From Euglena gracilis (Eukaryota): a stretch of 64,000 nt of DNA. Under the pieces are notes generated by a model that worked only from the letters and a program-made list of their open reading frames with translations, had not been told where the DNA came from and did no database searches. Where the stretch lies: positions 45,797,847 to 45,861,846 of the forward strand of contig CP154954.1 in NCBI GenBank assembly GCA_039621445.1, read 5' to 3'. Shown here one piece after another: positions 59,092 through 64,000 of this stretch. The number at the start of each line of letters is the position of its first letter. The stretch's first letter is position 1. The position numbers and the translations under genes were made by a program.

Positions 59092-62007
59092 CCCTGCTGC
59101 ACGTTTCTTTACAAGTCAAAAAGATCCGCACCATATAGTCTCTAACTGCATGCAAAAAAAAACTGGCTGACTGTTTTTGAAAGTCGCGCCCGTGCACAAA
59201 ATGCTCATTATTTTTAAGGTGTAAATCTCAAAATTATGTTTTTTATGTTTTTTACGGTGTTTTTGAACTTTTTTAAAAAAAATTTAAAGCCATTTCCAAA
59301 TTTTTAAAGCATCTTTTTTCCAAAGGGAAGTCCCAGGGCCATCCCAGTATCGAGCGGGTCCAATATTAAAACAGAAAAGCCGATATACCCATTTTTTGGA
59401 TAGACAATGATGTTCCAGCGATGCCAGAAATCATTTTTTCCTGAGTTGGCTTGTTTTTGCCAAGATTTTGTGATTTCATTTTTGGCTTGGATTTCAAAAA
59501 ATTCCCAAAATGGTTTTCAAGACATTTAGGCCCTTTTGAGGCGTTTTTATAATGTTTTTAAAGTTTTTTAAGGCGCCTTAAAAATGTCACACCCCCTGTC
59601 GACATGCAATGCAGTCCCCAGCATAATAATTATAATAATTATACGTTGCATATTACAATGTTTATTTTATGCAGTGATGAGGATGATGACCAGCGTTTCT
59701 GTTGCAAACAAGCCTGTCCTGTGAACCGCCCCGAAGCAAAGCAGGCGCAGCCCTCTCCACCCTGGCGTTCCGCTGCCTTTGCCGTCTTTTTGCCACGCCA
59801 CATCTGCACCACAGCCATACTTCCCTTTAATGTTCTGCAAACCCGGGGGGGGGGGGGCTGTAGCAGCTGGCCTCAATTTTGGCCCAGCCCAATCGCAGCA
59901 ACCCCAGGAGTGGGTGCTGGCGCGGCTGGCCAGCCTTTTTTTTTTTGCTGTCTCTGGCTGAAAGTGTTCAAAATGGCCAAAATGGTGTTTTTGGGGCTGT
60001 TGTGGCGCGTTTTTGACGGTTGCCAGATGCTCATTTTTTTTTCAACGCTGTGTTTTGCAGGTCATTTTTTGGGGGCAGTTGTCTGATTTCGGCCCAGCCC
60101 GGCCCAGCTCAGGTGCAGCTGTGGTCCAGCCCCCCCCCCCCCCCCCGGGCAAATTTCTAGCCCTAACCCAGCAACCCCCCCAGTCCTTAAACAGATGTAT
60201 GACCACAGCCTCTTCGTTGCGGCGCTTCAAGGCCTGTGTGTCACATTCCACCAAACCCAGGAGGTGTGCTTTAACCTCCAGGAGGTGCAGAGCAACTGAA
60301 AATCCTGTTAAAACTTCCATACAGCATTGCTGAGACAGTCAATGCACAACTGCACAGCGGGGGTGCCTCATATACGAGTTTGATATGCACATGCATACTT
60401 ATAATATGTTTTAAATAAATGACGGTTGATGCAAATAATAAGTTATTTTGGGATCAGGGGTCCCCCTCAGGGACCCCAATTATTTTTCTTCCCCAGCGCG
60501 TTGCGCCAGGAATTTATGGTTTTTTTTGCATCATTGTTTTGGTGATTCGCAAAAATAATTTGCAGAATATCTCAGAACATTCAAATAGGGGAAGTTGGCA
60601 AAAATCTGAAATTTCCTCCAAAAACACACCGGTTTTAAAATCAGATATGTCAAAAAATATTTCATAATCATTCATTTTTGGCTGTACAGTTTTGCGGTTT
60701 TCCACATCCAAGCCCCCGACCGGCCCTTGACCACACTTTTGGCCCGTAGGTGGTCTTTAAGGGAAGGAAGGGTCTTATAAAGAAGTCTGGTCTGGGGCCT
60801 GTGGAAGAGAAGAAATTGGGCCGTCATCCAGCCTGGAAAAGTATTAGTTTTTACACCCAAATATGGATCATACACCATATTGATGAGCAACATCTTCCAT
60901 TTTTCATTTGAAAGAAATTGTGCCAAGGTTGTAGTTTGATACCTGATATTGATTGGGCCTGATTGGATCAAAAGCTTCTCTCTAGTACGGGGGGCAATTA
61001 TCTTTTTGGGGACTGGTTTTTTGGGGGAAAAAAGTCTACAGACCGGATGTAACCTTCTCTTGGGTAGAACTTCCAATTTGAAAAATGGCTTAAAAATTCA
61101 TTTTTGTGTTTGCATGGCAGTACACACACATCTGTGATGTGGTAACATGTAAAATAACATATTGTAGATTAATTGTCAGTCGCATGTCAAAACACCATTG
61201 CAGGGCGGAAGTGCAAATATAAAGACCTCATATCAACTCATGCCCTGGTGCTGTCTTATTTCACCCGTTTTCCCCACTCCCAGGAATTTTACAAACGGCC
61301 GCCGGATCTCCACCCACGTAAGGTGCTGAAGGAGCGCCTTGGAGTGTTGCAGAATCCCAATCCTCCTCCGCCGCCCAAGCCCCGACAGGTTTAATTTTCA
61401 CTCTTTTGGATACATGTGGAGCAAATGCGAGGAAGCCCCTCCTTTCAATAATATCATGTTTAATTATCATCATTATCATTTTTTAAAGAGCAAGGATAAA
61501 AAGACCCAAAATTCTTGGACCCCCTCAACCACAATCAGGGACGGTAAGAAACACATCAAAATGTCAAATTTATTTTAATAATTTTTTTTAATAATAATTT
61601 GATTTAATTAGAATTTAATTTTTGGGAAGCCTATTCCAGAAGTCATGCAAATTCTTAATCAGGCCTCATTTAGTACGTTGTGGGAATTGTCGAAGGGAAA
61701 TTTTTTGTGTTTCTGCGCGAACCACCAAAGGCATTTCTTTCTGAAATCTTTCTGGAGCCACGTTGGTCAAAAAAATACCCCAGTATCCCCCTGGAGCTTT
61801 CCAACAACAGAACAAGAAAAAGCAAGACCCCTGCCTCATTCTGGGGGGTAGATTCAATGAGAACCCAAACCCATTTACCAACCCAAACCCTCACCACCGA
61901 TTTTTTTTGTGCATCATGAAACTTTCTTCTGTGGAGGTTGTGTTAGGTTGGCTGGATGGAAACCTTGTGCTGAAGCTGTCACCCTGTGGGGGGTCATTGT
62001 CCCTCTG

Positions 62008-62998
62008 CAGGGTTTCCCACTGATTCGTACACGAATAAGTACGAATAAGTACGAATTGCCGAGATCTGCCAAAAAAACGAATAAGTACGAATAAGTACGA
62101 ATAAGTACGAATAAGTACGAATGAAAAATTCCCCAGTTACGAATAAGCACAAATTGCCAAATAGAAAAAGGTACAATTTTCTACACTATTGCACTGAGTT
62201 GAAGGGCCCTCACACTTCTCTGTATGTGATGCATAGCTTACGCTGCAGGACGCCTCATGTCCTCTTTTCCCTCCGAAAATGATTTTTAGGTTTGCCCATC
62301 AACAATTAGACCATCCATCCATCAGGGGACTCATCCGAAAGTATATATCTGTACATGGCAGTGTGAAAGAGGGGAGTAGTTTGCACCGGTCAGTGGACAG
62401 AGTGTATACCACACACATTGCGAGCATAAGGAAATCCTTGAGCGGGAAGAAAGTGTGGCACTCACAATTGAATTGAATTGCCCTGGTCTGAACGGTTTTT
62501 CAGTTTGGCAGGACTGATTGATGTCAAAAACCGCCAACATATGTCATCTAACCTTCGGCAAGCAGCCGTTGGCATGTTTTGCAATGGTGACTGCAAAGAA
62601 CGCTTTGCACACCATTGAACAAGCTGCCCGTTTCATCTTGAGTATTTGTTCGTGCATGGCATGCTGGACAACATCAGTCGCAAAGAAGGAATGTGTTTTT
62701 CCTGTAATGCTTTGTATTTTTTCTCACAGCGATTTTTTTCACAAATTTCGCCAGCATGAGTTCGTCATTTAGATAGTTTCTCAAGTGAGTGACCTGTTTT
62801 CCTTGCTTTTCCCAATTTCAGAACGTTGAAGATGTGCCCAAGGAAGCATACCAGTGGTCACCTATTGCTATACATGGCCCTTTTTTGAAGTACGAACAAG
62901 TACAAATAAGTACGAATAAGTACGAACAAGTACAAATAAGTACGAATAAGTACGAATGGGCAAGGGAGTCCCCAAGTACAAATCAGTGGGAATCCCTG
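62008..62998. mobile_element. Non-autonomous TIR DNA transposon (hAT- or P-like), 991 bp
   Basis: TIR CAGGGTTTCCCACTGATTCGTAC / GTACAAATCAGTGGGAATCCCTG; 7-bp TSD CCCTCTG (62001-62007, 62999-63005); subterminal 10-bp AAGTACGAAT arrays at both ends. Confidence 0.85.
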
Positions 62999-63333
62999 CC
63001 CTCTGGCAGCCTTTTAGCAATGTTACATTATGAAACATTTTTCGGATGGGGAAATGTGTTTCAAGGTTTTAAAAAACATTTCCATGTATACACCTATTGT
63101 ACATAATATATATTTCAGCCCTTGGCTGGAAGATACAGTCAGTTCAAAAAGTCATGACCCAAGCTGGTTCAAAAAGTCATGATTCCTGAAAATTCAAAAA
63201 AAATTGTTCTCTTCCTTGCTAGACCCCTATGTCAGGCAATGGGTTGGCAGTGGTGGAGGAGGTACCTGGATGCTCTGTGTGTGCCACCCTGCAGACGCAC
63301 TGCTGCGCTGTGCACGCCCGTGAGGTCCTTTTG

Positions 63334-64000
63334 ACGCTGTGCCAAGCACTCAGTGTTCTCCTCAAAATGCCAGAATCGCTCGGTGCAGCACATATGGGGA
63401 TACACCGCAACCAAGGTGGTCAGCTCGGCGGTGGTCTCAAAATTGTGAGGAGGCACAGGCGGTCGAATTTATCGCCACAGTCCGCAGGATCTGATTATGG
63501 TTTGGTTCGGTTTGGTTCGATTTGTATTTATGGCTATGGTCCTTGGGTCGGGGGTTGTGATGATAACAGATGGGGAGGTTTGATGGATTTATTTGCTTAT
63601 TTTTGGTGCACGGTGCCTAATGGAAGCAGTTCAAAAGAAATGGTTTGTTCTCCTCTGCTGTCCGCTTCTTTTAGAACGCAAATACCATTGTTAAATTTTT
63701 CTATTCGCTTCCATTGGGCACTGTGCACCAAAAATAAGCAAATAAATCCATCAAATTTCCCCATCTGTTATCATCACAACCCCCGACCCAAGGACCATAG
63801 CCATAAATACAAGCCGAATCAAACCGAACCAAACCATAATCGGATCCTGCGGACTGTGGCGATAAATTCGACCGCCTGTGCCTCCTCACAATTTTGAGAC
63901 CACCGCCGAGCTGACCACCTTGGTTGCGGTGTATCCCCATGTGTGCTGCACCGAGCGATTCTGGCATTTTGAGGAGAACACTGAGTGCTTGGCACAGCGT
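63334..64000. repeat. Long inverted repeat (foldback): arms 63334-63627 and 63707-64000, 79-bp spacer; probably extends beyond the window
   Basis: Arms are near reverse complements with scattered mismatches; the ORF track shows mirror peptides (MPESLGAAHMG...) on both strands. Confidence 0.92.

Overview
Eukaryotic, repeat-rich DNA with no confidently identifiable host gene. Bases 190-30237 are a nest of two related, unusually large Ty3/Gypsy (chromovirus-type) LTR retrotransposons. Element A (minus strand; LTRs 190-498 and 29927-30237; TSD ACCCC; pol internally deleted) carries element B (plus strand; 3115-20072, ~17 kb; LTRs 3115-3543 and 19644-20072) inserted into its third ORF. The family has an atypical organisation: (1) a ~1,360-aa Gag with a long N-terminal coiled coil; (2) a UAG plus stem-loop gag-pol readthrough signal conserved in both elements; (3) a DIRS/phage-Dam-like DNA adenine methyltransferase-fold domain between protease and RT (present only in B); (4) an integrase chromodomain; (5) a ~1,800-aa non-env ORF3 with two related Cys/His modules, behind a conserved splice acceptor; (6) tandem tRNA-iMet primer-binding sites; (7) TG...CT termini. 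A near-identical copy of the flanking host segment (46561-51494) supplies the empty pre-insertion site. The rest of the window is degenerate satellites, MITE-like elements, microsatellites, a branched 84-bp palindrome and a long foldback repeat. All domain calls are motif recognition by eye; no searches were run.
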